This document shows positions 27,010 to 39,078 of a stretch of DNA of 64,000 bases, piece by piece. The stretch's first letter is position 1, and each line of letters begins with the position of its first letter. The notes beneath the pieces are model-generated. The model had not been told where the DNA came from and did no database searches. It saw nothing but the letters and a program-made list of their open reading frames with translations. The translations under genes and the position numbers were made by a program. This DNA comes from the human T2T-CHM13v2.0 reference genome, Homo sapiens. The stretch lies in assembly GCF_009914755.1 (NCBI RefSeq), contig NC_060926.1. One strand, 5' to 3'.

Positions 27010-27140
27010 TTCTATGTACCTAAATTTTCCTATCTGTAAAACCCAGACAATGATCATCCCCTCAAAGGAGTATTGTAAGGATTAATAAAACATTCAAAAA
27101 TCTCTTGGCATTTCTAGACAATAAATTTCACTATTATTTT
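27010..27140 (+). mobile_element. MIR fragment
   Basis: ttttcctatctgtaaaac...ctcaaaggagtattgtaaggattaa. Confidence 0.7.
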
Positions 27141-27222
27141 ACATTATCATAAATATTGTTTTATTTTGACCACGTCACTGTCAAGGACTTTTCTTCTTTA
27201 CCATCTAGCTCTAGGTATAATA

Positions 27223-27225
<3 letters not shown>

Positions 27226-27253
<28 letters not shown>
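27226..27253. repeat. T28 homopolymer
   Basis: Pure T run with no adjacent recognisable Alu/L1 body. Confidence 0.97.
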
Positions 27254-27257
<4 letters not shown>

Positions 27258-27575
27258 GAAAACTCATCTGAAATTTCAGTCAGAGAGAAAAGCACAAGAA
27301 AAACATTTTTGGTATATAGTAAAGCAATTTTACTATGAATGTCATCAGGATATAAAGGAGAAAGACAAATTGTGGCATGTTTCATCACATCAAGATAATT
27401 AAGCCAATTTTCACTGATGCTTATGAAAGTGTGACACTGAAGCAAGAAAACTCTTTTAAAGTTTTCTATTGGAACCTTTATTATATGTATTCCATTATGA
27501 TAAGAAATTGGATTTTTCTTCTTCTTTTTTCCACACTGATGTTCAGACCTACATAATTTTGGTGAGTGAGCATGC

Positions 27576-27760
27576 TAGGGTTGCCAGGGTTAGCAAATGA
27601 AAATACAGGATGCCCAATTAAATTTGAATTTCAGGTAAATAATAAACAATTTTAGTATAAGTGTGTCCCACATAACAGTTGGGACATAAGCTGAAAAATC
27701 ATTCTCATTTATGTGCAATTCGAACCTAACTAGGCATCTTGTATTTCATCTGCCAACCTA
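27576..27760. mobile_element. MER53 palindromic hAT MITE with 8-bp TSD agcatgct
   Basis: tagggttgccagg...aaatacaggatgcccaattaaatttgaatttcag ... ggcatcttgtatttcatctgccaaccta; agcatgct at 27569-27576 and 27761-27768. Confidence 0.9.
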
Positions 27761-28299
27761 AGCATGCTAGCGTTTTCTAATAGATCTGTGGGAGAGATGG
27801 GTTAGATGGGTTTGTCAGACCTACAAGGACTGGGGCTGGATGCCTCCTGAGAAACACAATTCACAGCACCTAAGGGCTGTAGTTACCCCTAGTGAAGCCT
27901 GACCTCACATCAATACACAAAATATTGGAATCAGTCGGAGAGGGGGTGGTGGGGGCTGGGAGGAAGCGCAGGCCTGCTGGAGTTCCTGCCCCGGCTCTGC
28001 ACTCACGCCCAATAAGGGACATCGCACAGCGTTCCAGGGGCCTGTGTGGGGCTGATGCTGGGGTCCAGGGAGCAGCAGCCCAGGGACTCACCTGGGAATT
28101 CTGGCCCTGGGCAGCAAACCAACCCAGACCTCACTTGCCAGATGGATTCTCACAGACATGGAAAGCTTAGCTCTTGCAGCTAGATGGAGCTAGGGCAGGC
28201 CAAGCGGGATGATGTTCAAATGTTCTCATACTTTAAACTTCATTGAGAGATTATGATTATCCCGATATTATGTTTCATATTTCTGCAGTATAAAACCAA

Positions 28300-28530
28300 G
28301 ATTAAAAGCACTGGTTTTCAAGTCAAATTGACCTCGGTTTGAATCCCGGTTTCCTCTTCTAGCTACAAAACTGAGCAAGTTGTATGAACTCTGAATACGA
28401 GTTTCTCATCTGTAAATAAAGGTAATACTACTATTTCACAGAGATGCTAGAAGATTAAACAAAGTCATTTCTAAAATTCTTAATACAGTTGTCTGCCATA
28501 GAGTAAGCTCTCAGTAAATAGTGCCTATGT
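28300..28530 (+). mobile_element. MIR, near full length
   Basis: gacctcggtttgaatcccgg...gtttctcatctgtaaataaaggtaata...catagagtaagctctcagtaaata. Confidence 0.85.
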
Positions 28531-28959
28531 GCTATTCTAAGCTTTTATAAGGGTGAAATTCCTAATCTGAACTGAATATTACACAAGAAGCCCTGTTCTT
28601 GTTGGACTTAATGGTATTCATTGACAACCTTTGATGAAAAATCCATAGCAAGTGTTAGATTGACCTTTAATCATTACTGTCCTATTAGGCCAAAGAAGCC
28701 ATTAGAGTGTGATGATTAAACTTCCTGTTACATAAGCTGTAACACCATCTTTATTGACAAGAGAAACTTTTCTGATTAACTGAATGCATAAGCTCTGAAT
28801 GAAGAAAACCCTTCAGCTCAAAACAGGTATTTTCATTGATCAAACTGAGTTATTTCACTGATTCTTCAATAATATATTTCCATATGTGAATGCTTCCTGC
28901 CCATATTATTACTGTCACTTTCTCCACATTTATTGGGTTTTGAGTGTCAGCACATGTAG

Positions 28960-29085
28960 AGCAATGGTGCTCACCCAGCCTATATGTGAACATCATGTAA
29001 GGGACTTTGTAAAAAAAATACCTAGAAAGGGCTCCACCCCAGACCAATTGAATTAGAATCTTGAGGTAAGGCATGAACATCAGTA
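28960..29085. mobile_element. MER5-type hAT-Charlie fragment
   Basis: gggctccaccccagaccaattgaattagaatct. Confidence 0.6.
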
Positions 29086-29124
29086 TAACTGTAACAAGAG
29101 GCCACTTTGAAAATATTAAGCGGA

Positions 29125-29290
29125 GGAGAGAAAATGGGCTTTGAGTCACATCAAGTTGAGTTTCAACCCAGATCTCTGTATTCACTAGCTGTGTTACATT
29201 ATACAATTTACTAATTTATCACAGTATCAGTTCCCTTTATTAGAAAAATTGACATACTTATTCTCTTAAGGATCCATAGAAGTACTACAG
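29125..29290 (+). mobile_element. MIR fragment
   Basis: tgggctttgagtcacatc...ttcaacccagatctctgtattcactagctgtgttac. Confidence 0.65.
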
Positions 29291-29398
29291 AAATGGAAGT
29301 TATTTTTCTAGGGTATACGTAAAAGAAGATGGTCTTGTTTAGACATTCCTAGCCAACCAGAGCATTTCTTTTTTTTATGCAAGATTACCAAATCATAG

Positions 29399-29762
<364 letters not shown>

Positions 29763-29806
29763 TGACTGTTCATTTTGTTGCATGCTTGGAATATGGTTCT
29801 TGCTGT

Positions 29807-29886
29807 AAAAAAAAAAATACATATATATATAATTATATATTTAATATATAAATATATATTATATGTATTTATAATATATATAAATT
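29807..29886. repeat. AT-rich low-complexity/(TA)n tract
   Basis: atatatatataattatatatttaatatataaatatatattatatg... Confidence 0.9.
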
Positions 29887-30996
29887 GTGGGTTTTTTAAG
29901 AAAAGTTTTTGACTTTGTCTCTATCTTAATTGTTTTTGTTGCTCTTGTTGCTATGTTTGTTATCTTGGCACTTTCCAGAACCATTTCTGAAACTTAGACC
30001 TGAAGAGCTGAAAATTTTGGTAACAAAATTTTAATAAAAGAAATTTAAATTGCTTTTACCACATTACTGTTACTGTTTCGTTACACTTACTGCCTATTTT
30101 TATAAGCAGAAGAATTTCTCCTGCTATGCCATGCTTACTGAAGAGCTTCCACTTTCTTCTCTTAATCCCAAATTCCCAAAATGAGGAGGTTGAGTCTCAT
30201 ACTTACTATTTTATCTCCCGCACCTCCATAATGGTCATTATTATTACCAGTTCAGCTTGTGCATTTTATACACACATAAATGGTCCTATGGCAATACGGA
30301 GTTTTGTGGTGTATGATTGAATTTTTTTTTAACAGAAATGTTAGATTGTATGAGTTTTCTTCACTCAAAAACATGTTGTGATTTTCCCTGGTAATATCCA
30401 TTGCTTTGATGTCTACATTATCTGATATAGGTATGCTAGCTCTTTCTTCTGATTAGGATTACAATGATATAACTTGCTCCATCATTTTTATTTTTAGTGT
30501 ATCTACACCTTTGTTTTCAAGGTATATTTATTGTAGACAGCATAGAGTTGGATCTTCCTTTAATATATAATCTGACAATCTCTGTCTTTAATTGGGATAT
30601 TTAGACCATTTATAGTTAATGTCACTATGGATGTGATTGGATTTAAATCTGTAAACTTGTCAGTTATTTGTCTTATCTGTTCTTTGTTCATTTTTCTCTC
30701 TTTTCCTGCCTTCTTTTGGATAAAGATTTTTATGATTCCATTTTATTTACATTATTGACTTACAAACTATACCTCTTTTAATTTTTCTAGTAGTTATTGT
30801 GCAGTTTACAATATACATTTTTATGAATAACTTATCACAGTTTACCTTTAAATAATTTTATACAATTTCTTGTACAGTATTAGAAACTTAGAACAGCGTA
30901 CATTCTTTTCCTCCTTTCCATCTTTCATACTATTTTGGTTATATATTTTATACAGGTTATAACCATATGATACATTGTTACAAATTTTGTTTAGAA

Positions 30997-31197
30997 AAGA
31001 TGTTAGCAAATTATGTGAGCCAGTCACCTGTTTCTATAAATACATTTTATTGGTTTACAGCTCACCTACTTGTTTACATATTGTCTTTGTTTTCACGCTA
31101 TAGCAGCAAAGAAGAGTAGTTACAACAGAGACTATATAGCCCTCAAGTATAAATTATTTATTATCTGGTCCTTTAAGAAAAATTGTGTTATGCATGC
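30997..31197 (-). mobile_element. MER58A-like MITE inside the L1
   Basis: cacctgtttctataaatacattttattg...gagtagttacaacagagactatatagcc...ttattatctggtcctttaagaaaa. Confidence 0.8.
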
Positions 31198-31316
31198 TTT
31201 AGACAATTATCTTCTAAGTTGATTAAAATTAAGAAATGTCTTTTATTTTCACTGATATTTTTACCCCGCCTTTTTTTTAACCCCTTATTTCTTTATGTAG
31301 ATCCAAATCCAAAACC

Positions 31317-31602
31317 TTTTTTGAGACTGGGTCTTGCTCTTTCGCCTAGCCTGGAGTGCAGTGACATAATCATAGCTCACTGCAGCGTGAATCTCCTAGA
31401 CTCAAGTGATCCTCTCATTTGAGAAACTTGAGTAGCTGGAACCTCAGACATGTGCCACCACACCCAGCTAATTTTTAAACTTTTTTGTAGAAATGGGATC
31501 TCCCTATTGCCTAGGCTGGTCTTGAACTCCTGGGCTCAAGTGATCCTCCTGCTTTGGCCTCCCAAAGTGCTGGGATTATAAGAGTGAGCCACCATGCCCA
31601 AC
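31317..31602 (-). mobile_element. AluJ
   Basis: ctggagtgcagtgacataatcatagctcactgcagcg...gaactcctgggctcaagtgatcctcc...cctcccaaagtgctgggatt. Confidence 0.95.
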
Positions 31603-34206
31603 TCCCCAAGTTTTTTCACTCTCCACTTCTTTATGCAGATCCAGCTTTCCAACTAGTAAAATTCTCATTCTTTCTAAATAAATTCCTATGATATTTCTTG
31701 CTTCTGGCAGTGACTTTCCATCACTTTTGCCTATCTGAAAACAAATTATTATCTTACCTTCATTTTTGAAAGATATTTTTGCTAGCTATAGAACTTTGGG
31801 TTTGCAATTTTTCTTCAACATTTTATAGATGTTCCTCCATGTCTTCTGGCTTGCAGAGTTACTGACAAGACGTCTGATGTAATTCTTTGTTCCTCTGTAT
31901 GTAATTTCTCCTTTTCTTTTTGGTTGCCCTAAAGATTTTTTTCTTTATCTTCGGTTTTCAGCAGTTTGACTATGATGTGTCTAGAGGGGTGTGGATGGAT
32001 GCGTGTCTGTGTATATGTGTGTGTTTACTTTATCCTGCCATGGGTTCCAGGATCTGTGATTTGTTGTCTTATTATTATTTTGGAAAATTCGTAATTATTA
32101 TCTCTTCAAATGCATCTGTTGGTCTGTTCTGTCTTTCTTCTTCTAGAATTCAAATTACATATATGTTAGACTATTTGGTATTATCCTTAAGCTCTTAAAT
32201 GCTCTCATCTGTATTTTTTCACTCTTATATCTCTTCATATTTCATTTTTGATAATTTCTATTGACCTACCTTTAAGTTCAATAATACTTTCCTCAGCTGT
32301 GTTCAATCTATTTTCAAGCTAATTAAAGGAATTCTTCATCTCTGATATGCTTCTTATTTCTAGCATTTTCATTTAACATTTTATATAGTCTAATCTCTCT
32401 GCTGAAATTCTCCATCTGTATATGTATATTGTCCACCTTTTTCAATAGATCTCTTAATGTTAATTATAGTTATTTTAAGGTTCCTGTCTAATAAATAGCA
32501 CAACATCTGGGCTCTCTCTGAATCTGGTTCTGTTAATCACTTTATCTGTTGACAATGAGTCTTTTTGTTGTTGTTGTTTTATGGGTCTTGTAATTGTTGA
32601 TTGAATGCTGGATGTTGTTTGTAAAAGGACAATAGAGACGAAAGTAAATAGTATTTATTTCTAAAAGTGTCCACTTTTCATCCTGTCAGACTTTTAATGT
32701 GAGAATTAAATCAATCAAGTGACTGGTTGAGTTTGTTTGGGTCTTACTGTGACAATTGTTATTCTCAGTTTACCATAGGCTTCAAATACCTTCTGCAATG
32801 GGCCACCGATATCTTGTGCTTAGTGTGGGGCCTTGGCTGCTAGTGGGTTTTTCTCAATGTTTTTGCTCCACCCTTAGCTTTCAGCAGTCTTTGCATGACT
32901 GCACCACAGAAGAGGGTCCCTTTCCACGTTCTTGCCTCTCCCCCATAGACTGTTGCTGCTCATTACTCGATACTAGGCTTACAGTGTGGTCAATAGGGTA
33001 AATTTCAGCTTCTGTTGGTCAGCCTCTAAATTAAGGCCAGGCAGCCAGGGATTGAGGGGTTAAGCCTTCTCCGTGTTTCTACCACTCCCCCACTACACCC
33101 TTTGGCTGCCAAATCCTGCCTTGTGTCTGTAGTGTATCTTGGGAAACCGAGAGTTTCCTGCCTCGTTTCAAGCAGTAGAAGATTTCTGCTTTGTTTTATT
33201 CAGAATTTTGGGCTTTTAAAGGGGATTTGTTGGTTTGTTTCTTCACTCTGTCAGAAGCAAGAAACTCTTTCTTCTACCTTTTCTCCACAGCAATGGTTCT
33301 TTGCCTGGCTACTCAAGTTGAAAAGAAGAGTATCCTATCCTACCCCTAGAAGCAGATGGGTTTTATTTCTGTCTGTCCTGCAGAGGCCTTGGAGGTGAGA
33401 GATTTGGCTGCCTAGCCCCAGTGACTTAAGGCTTTTGCTTCACATGAAAGAAGGATACAGAGAAATGTGCAGTCCTTAATGAGTCTTTCCCAGTGGCAGT
33501 CACGCATATCCTGCAAACCTGTGTCCCTGAAGAGGGCTGTCTCCAGGCTCCTTCCTTACTCCCAGTCTTTCTCACAAGCTCCTGGAAAAGAGAAACTGTG
33601 AGCTCTTCTTGTGTCTGGGCTTTCAGGTACTTTAAATTGATACGTTGGGCCACATTCAGCTTTAGGGATTCCTAAAATTTTTAGCCAATTTCTTACTCAC
33701 CTCTGTGTCAGTTACCTCTTCCTCCTATGCTTTACCAAAGATGAAATGATGCATGTGCCCTGCCTCCAAGATCTCAGCCCTTTGATAGCTTTCAGAAAAG
33801 TTATGATTTTGTAAATTATTTGACTTTCTTAGGCATTTCAAATATTTGGATGGAAGTAAAATTCTCTTGTGACTACTTTTTACATTGTAAGTGTAAACAA
33901 TACCTTTGTCTTTGTGATTTTACTTTGATGGGATATTCATATATACCTTATTATTTTCAACTGTGGCACTGAATCCCAGAGTGAAATGTATCATGGCCCA
34001 GAAGAATTTACCTCAGTGGTTTAAATAAAGGGACTAAGGAAAGACTATTCACAGAGGTGTGGGTAGGCTTAAGAGAACTAGCAACTTCCTAGAGAATTCT
34101 CAGATTTGTATGTACTCAATCTCTAGATGTAGACAAAAGTTGGGACATCATCAGCTTAAAGCAAGTGGGTCTGCTATTGATTATATTTCTTTTATTTCAA
34201 GGCAGG

Positions 34207-35174
34207 TATATTAGGGTTCTCCAGAGAAACAGAACCAAGAGGACATGTGTGATGTGTGTTCTCTATAATCTCTTTTTTTTTGTTTGTTTGTTTGAGTTAG
34301 TTTACTTAGGATAATGGCCTCCAGCTTCATCCATGTTGCTACAAGTGACATGATTTTGCTCTTTTTTTTTGTGGCTGCACAGTACTCCATAGTGTACACA
34401 TACCACATTTTCTTTTTTGTTCTTGTTGGAAATATTTTCTTTTTTTTTTAAATTATACTTTAAGTTCTGGGATACACGTGCAGAACATGCAGGTTTGTTA
34501 CATAGGTATACACGTGCCATGGTGGTTTGCTGCACTCATCAACCTGCATCTACATTAGGTATTTCTCCTAATGCTATCCCTCCCCTACCCCCACCCCCTG
34601 ACAGTCCCTGGTGTGTGATGTTCCCCTCCCTGTGTCCATATGTTCTCATTGTTCAACTCCCACCTATGAGTGAGAACATGTGGTGTTTGCTTTTCTGTTC
34701 TTGTGTTAGTTTCTATAATCTCTTTCTATATGTACATTGAAATAGAAGGGAATTGGCTAATGAAAATATGGAGGCTGGCAAGTCTCAAGGTCTGCAGGGT
34801 GAGTTGGCAAGGTAGAGACCCAGAAGAGCCGATGGTTTTGTTCCAGTCTAAAGGCCAGCAGGCTTAAGATCCAGGAAAACCTGATGTTTCAGTTTAAGTC
34901 CAAAGGCAAGATAAAAGCCAGTGTCTCAGTTTGAAGGCAGTCAAGCAGGAAAAACTCTCTTCTACTTAAAGGAGGGTCAGCAGTTTTGTTCAGTTCAGAG
35001 ATTCAACTAATTGGAGGAGGCCCGCCCACATTAGAGAGGGCAATCTGCTTTACTCTGTCTACCAATTCAAATAAATGTTAATTTCACCCCCAAACACCCT
35101 CACAGACAGAACTAGAAGGGTGCTGATCAAATATCTTGGGTACCCCATCGCCCAGACATAAAATTAACCATCAT
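34207..35174 (-). mobile_element. ERVL LTR MLT2B-like, interrupted by an L1
   Basis: ttagggttctccagagaaacagaaccaa ... ggaggctggcaagtc...aggcccgcccacattagagagggcaatctgctttactc...gacataaaattaaccatca. Confidence 0.9.
34276..34711 (-). mobile_element. 5'-truncated L1PA (PA7-like) 3' end plus an extra downstream L1 segment, all within a 14-bp TSD
   Basis: L1PA 3' end 34438-34711 (attatactttaagttctgggatacacgtgcag...); second L1 piece ~34295-34415 with its own T-rich tail; TSD tctataatctcttt at 34262-34275 and 34712-34725. Confidence 0.92.
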
Positions 35175-35321
35175 AGCAGGGAATAAGCAATATGTTTATT
35201 TCAATTCATGAGACACTTTATCTTTGAGGGTTATTCTTTCAAATCTAAGAACTGTTGGTGATGTCCTATTTGGGTAATGTGTGTGTGAACACGTGTGTAT
35301 GTACATATATATATATATTTT

Positions 35322-35690
35322 TTTGACAGGAAACACAAGATCTCTGGATCAGAGAAAAGACCATTTATTATTCATTGAGCATCTTAACCTTGTCCCCACA
35401 GGGCAACTCAATAAGGGCCTGATGTTTCCTTGCACATGCACCACATGCACACATATACACAGGATAGGAACCCTCAAATTATGAAGCTCAGAGCTTCTAT
35501 AGACTGCTGACATATCTGCTCATTCTTCCCTCCAGAGAGGGAGAAAAACCTTTACTCTGGAATGTAAACAAATCTTCTCTGGGGAGGAGAATCATTTCTA
35601 CTTTTCCTTCACCATCCTAGAATATAATCACAGGTGCCACAGGAGATAAATCCATAAATCTCTCCAGAGCAATATATTGTCTCTAACTTC
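35322..35690 (-). mobile_element. Diverged ERVL LTR (LTR40-like)
   Basis: tgacaggaaacacaagatctctggatcagagaaaagaccatttattattca...cctttactctggaatgtaaacaaatc. Confidence 0.45.
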
Positions 35691-36839
35691 TCTAACTTAA
35701 TGTTTGCCTTTCAAACATTAAATGAATTTTTTTAAATTATTTCCTCACAGTGATTATTAATTACTAAAATTTCAGTTCATTATTATTAAAATTCAAGTTT
35801 ATTAACAACTGTAAGGTACCAGAAAATCTTTATAAAATCATAAATAAAGATTACTTTTGTCTTTAGTAGTTTTTCTAATTCCTAATTCCTCTCCCCACTC
35901 TGAACAATGAAAGTAGATGGCATTACAGATTCATCTTCTTTCTTTCAATAATTTAGCTGAAAGCTGGGTTAGCTGGACTGAGCCAGTCTGTAGAGGGATA
36001 ACAAAGCTTTTAGTTGATGTCAACATTCTTGATCGGCAAGGCTGTTCCCAGGGTCTAGTATGCATACTCCCTAGGGCTTTTCAAATGCCTTGAAGTTTCT
36101 TGATATATTTATTCCAACTTAGAAAAACTAGATGTTCCCAATCCCTTCTAAGCTGACCTATAACTAGGTACTACGGTATGGGGGCAGGGCTCACTTTTGT
36201 TCTTGGAGTGTTCTCTGACTGCTGGCCAATGCAGGGCTTTCTTTGCTGGAAATGTCTCCGTGATGGATACTGAATGTTTATGCTAGGAATGTGCTAGCAT
36301 ATTCAAATAATTGAAGGGTCGGCAAATTGCACACACTTTGCTACTTCCCTATTCTTATGTCTTTCCCTTAACAATACAAGTTTATAACTATATTGCATAT
36401 TGCTAATAGTATACAGTCATGACCACTCTGCTTGACAGTAAACAGTGCGTATGTGTATATTTTGAAAGCCAAAGATAATTTTTTTCTTTAATCATTTTTC
36501 CCATTTCCTTTTCCCAAGAGACATGCAGTTTTCCTATGATCAGACAGCCCACATTCATTATCTTCAAGCTGAAACTGCCTCATTCCACTTATCCTAAATG
36601 GACATAATGAAATTACTGTTCTCAATATTCTCACTGAAATACTTTGTCACTTAGCTTTCATCAGTTTCTAGACGATTCTATGAGTGAGATTTTATCCTTT
36701 TGCTTGTCTAACTTTATGAGATCTAACTTTTTAAGTATAATTTTCTTCTTCATGATTACAATCATTGAAATAATTTATAAATATTTTAGCATATGATCAA
36801 ATGCATTTTGATCAGACTCATAAGTAGAAACTATTAATT

Positions 36840-37130
36840 GGTTAGATATAGTAGCTTATGCCTGTAATCTCAACATTCTGGGAGGCCGAAGCAGGAGGAT
36901 CACTTGAGCCCAGGAGTTCAAGACCAGCCTGGGCAACATAGCAAGACCCCATTTCTGACAACAACAGTAAAATTAGCCAGGCTTGGTGTGCACCTGTAGT
37001 TCCAGCTACTTGGGAGGCTGAGGGAGGAGGATCACTGAGCCTGGGAGGTCAAGGCTGCAATGAGTCATGATTGTGCCACTGCAGCCCAGCGTGGGTGACA
37101 GAGTGAGATCCTGTCTGAAAAAGAAAATAA
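36840..37130 (+). mobile_element. AluJ
   Basis: ggaggatcacttgagcccaggagttcaagaccagcctgggcaacatagcaagacccc...ggtcaaggctgcaatgag; degenerate TSD aaactatta. Confidence 0.96.
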
Positions 37131-38784
37131 ACTATTAGTAAGCAAAATGAATTGCCCTTATAATCAATATCACAGCTATTTTTAAGGAATAAATATTCTT
37201 CCCAATTTTAACTTTCTTTGGTCAGAAGGATGTACATTATCAGAAAATCTGAATAGTGGTTTCTAACCTCAAGTTTCATATGACTGGCATCTCTTTCCCC
37301 ACAGATGGACTGCACACTGGGGTGGGAGAGGGTGTCAGGGTAGAGTAGGGGAGAGGGAATGCTGTATTCTGGCACTGTTTTAGACACAAACTGTGGCTTC
37401 TGCTCTTTAAGATTAAAAACCTTCTTACCCTGCCCTGCCATCTGCCTTCTTCATGCTTATTCTCTTTTTTTCCTCTCTCTATCTTCTTTTTTTTCTGATA
37501 CTCCTTTCTCTTGTCCTGGCCAAAGTTGTGGTGATAAATAGGTGTGTCTAGTATGGAAAGATGGGGCAAATTTCAATATCTATTTTTTCCCCAACCTTCA
37601 GAAACACCAGAAACATTCACTTTTGTTTTCTCATCTCACTTTTAAAGTAGTAATCTGAAGATTTGCTTGTTATCTTTTCTGCCAGTTCATAACTTACACA
37701 GTAGTTACATTGAGTCCCGTTACATTAAGCTTACATGGGAGCTTTTTTGGCTACCACATAATTGTCTTGGGAAATAATCTGTAGTTCTTAACATGGACTG
37801 TAAAAATCTAGTAAAGCTGGTTATCCTTGAATTTGAGTTAAGGTTTCAGCATTATCAAAGAGTAATATTTGGCCCTTGAAGATACCACCAAGTATTTCAT
37901 GGATTGATTCTCATTCGTCATTGTCAACTGCTTATTGAACACCCAGAGTTCATAATATTGTACAAGAGAGCCTAGCACAGGGTCTTGAGCAAAAGATACA
38001 ATAAATCCTGACAGCTTTTAAAGAGTGACTCACAAGCTGCAATCTATTAGGAAATGGCAGAAATCTAAAATATTTTTCTCTCCAAATAAGTCCACAGTGA
38101 CAGTCCCAAGTGGTAATATAATTATATCATTAATTTTTGATGATGCTGCTTTCAAGTTAAGTAGAATCTCATAAATTTCATCTTAATTTGTAGGTGTAGG
38201 GGTGGGGTAAGGGGGGTGATGTATGTGAGAAAAGCGTGAGAAAATCTTCTGAAGAAAGAAAAACTCAATCAGCACAGTTGAGAATAAAATTAAGACCCAT
38301 GTTTACTTTTTAAAAGGTCATTAAACAGTCTTTTGAGACTGGTTGGAAACTAGTTAATTCTTCTAGCAGTTGAAGGTTTAAAGCCCTAAAGCCATTTGTT
38401 AATACATCTATTTAAAGTGGGGGATGGAAACTACGACCAGGTTTTAAATACCTCCCAGGTAGCTTGTGCTCTGTGTGCCTAGGGGATGGGGAAGGGAGAT
38501 GGAGAGGTGAAGGTAGGTAGACACCCAAGATGTTTATTTTATAATTAACAAGGCTATAGGAAGTTTTTTGAATCACTAACTGGGGAACCAGGCATTACAC
38601 TTAGGCCTCTGCAGGGTAGGGCTTTGCGGGATAGGAGATTTAGTTCATTAATGGACCAGTAATCAGAGTGTGAGTGGTGGACATCACATTGGAGGGTCAC
38701 ATGGCCTAGATGGTGCTGAGCTGCTTCGAGCCCTGTATGATGTTGAAATCTTAAAATTCTGTATTCTTTATACTATACATTATA

Positions 38785-39078
38785 TAGTTGTCCCTCGGTA
38801 TCTGTGGGAGATTGGTTCCAGGACCCCCATGGCTACCCAAATCCACAGATGCTCAAGTCCCTTATACAAAATGGTGTGTGTATGTGTGTGTGTGTGTATT
38901 ATTTGCATATAACAAACACACATCCTCCTCTATACTTTATAATACTGAATACAAGATAAATTATATATAAATAATTTTTATACAGTTTTTAAATTCGTAT
39001 TATTTTATTGTTTTATTTTTTCAAATATTTTTCATCTCAGTTGGTTGAATCTGAGAATGCAGAACCTAGGGATAGAGT
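38785..39078 (+). mobile_element. MER2 (TcMar-Tigger MITE)
   Basis: agttgtccctcggtatctgtgggagattggttccaggacccc...gatgctcaagtcccttata...ttggttgaatctgagaatgcagaacc. Confidence 0.9.

Larger units (their letters stand above)
30390..33900 (-). mobile_element. Old L1M element: 5' region, ORF1 and start of ORF2 (dead)
   Basis: Antisense EN start ttgtagacagcatagagttggatc...tctgacaatctctgtcttttaattgg; ORF1-type ttcatttttgaaagatatttt...ttcagcagtttgactatgatgtgtctag; 5'-type tttcagaaaagttatgattttgta. Confidence 0.85.
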
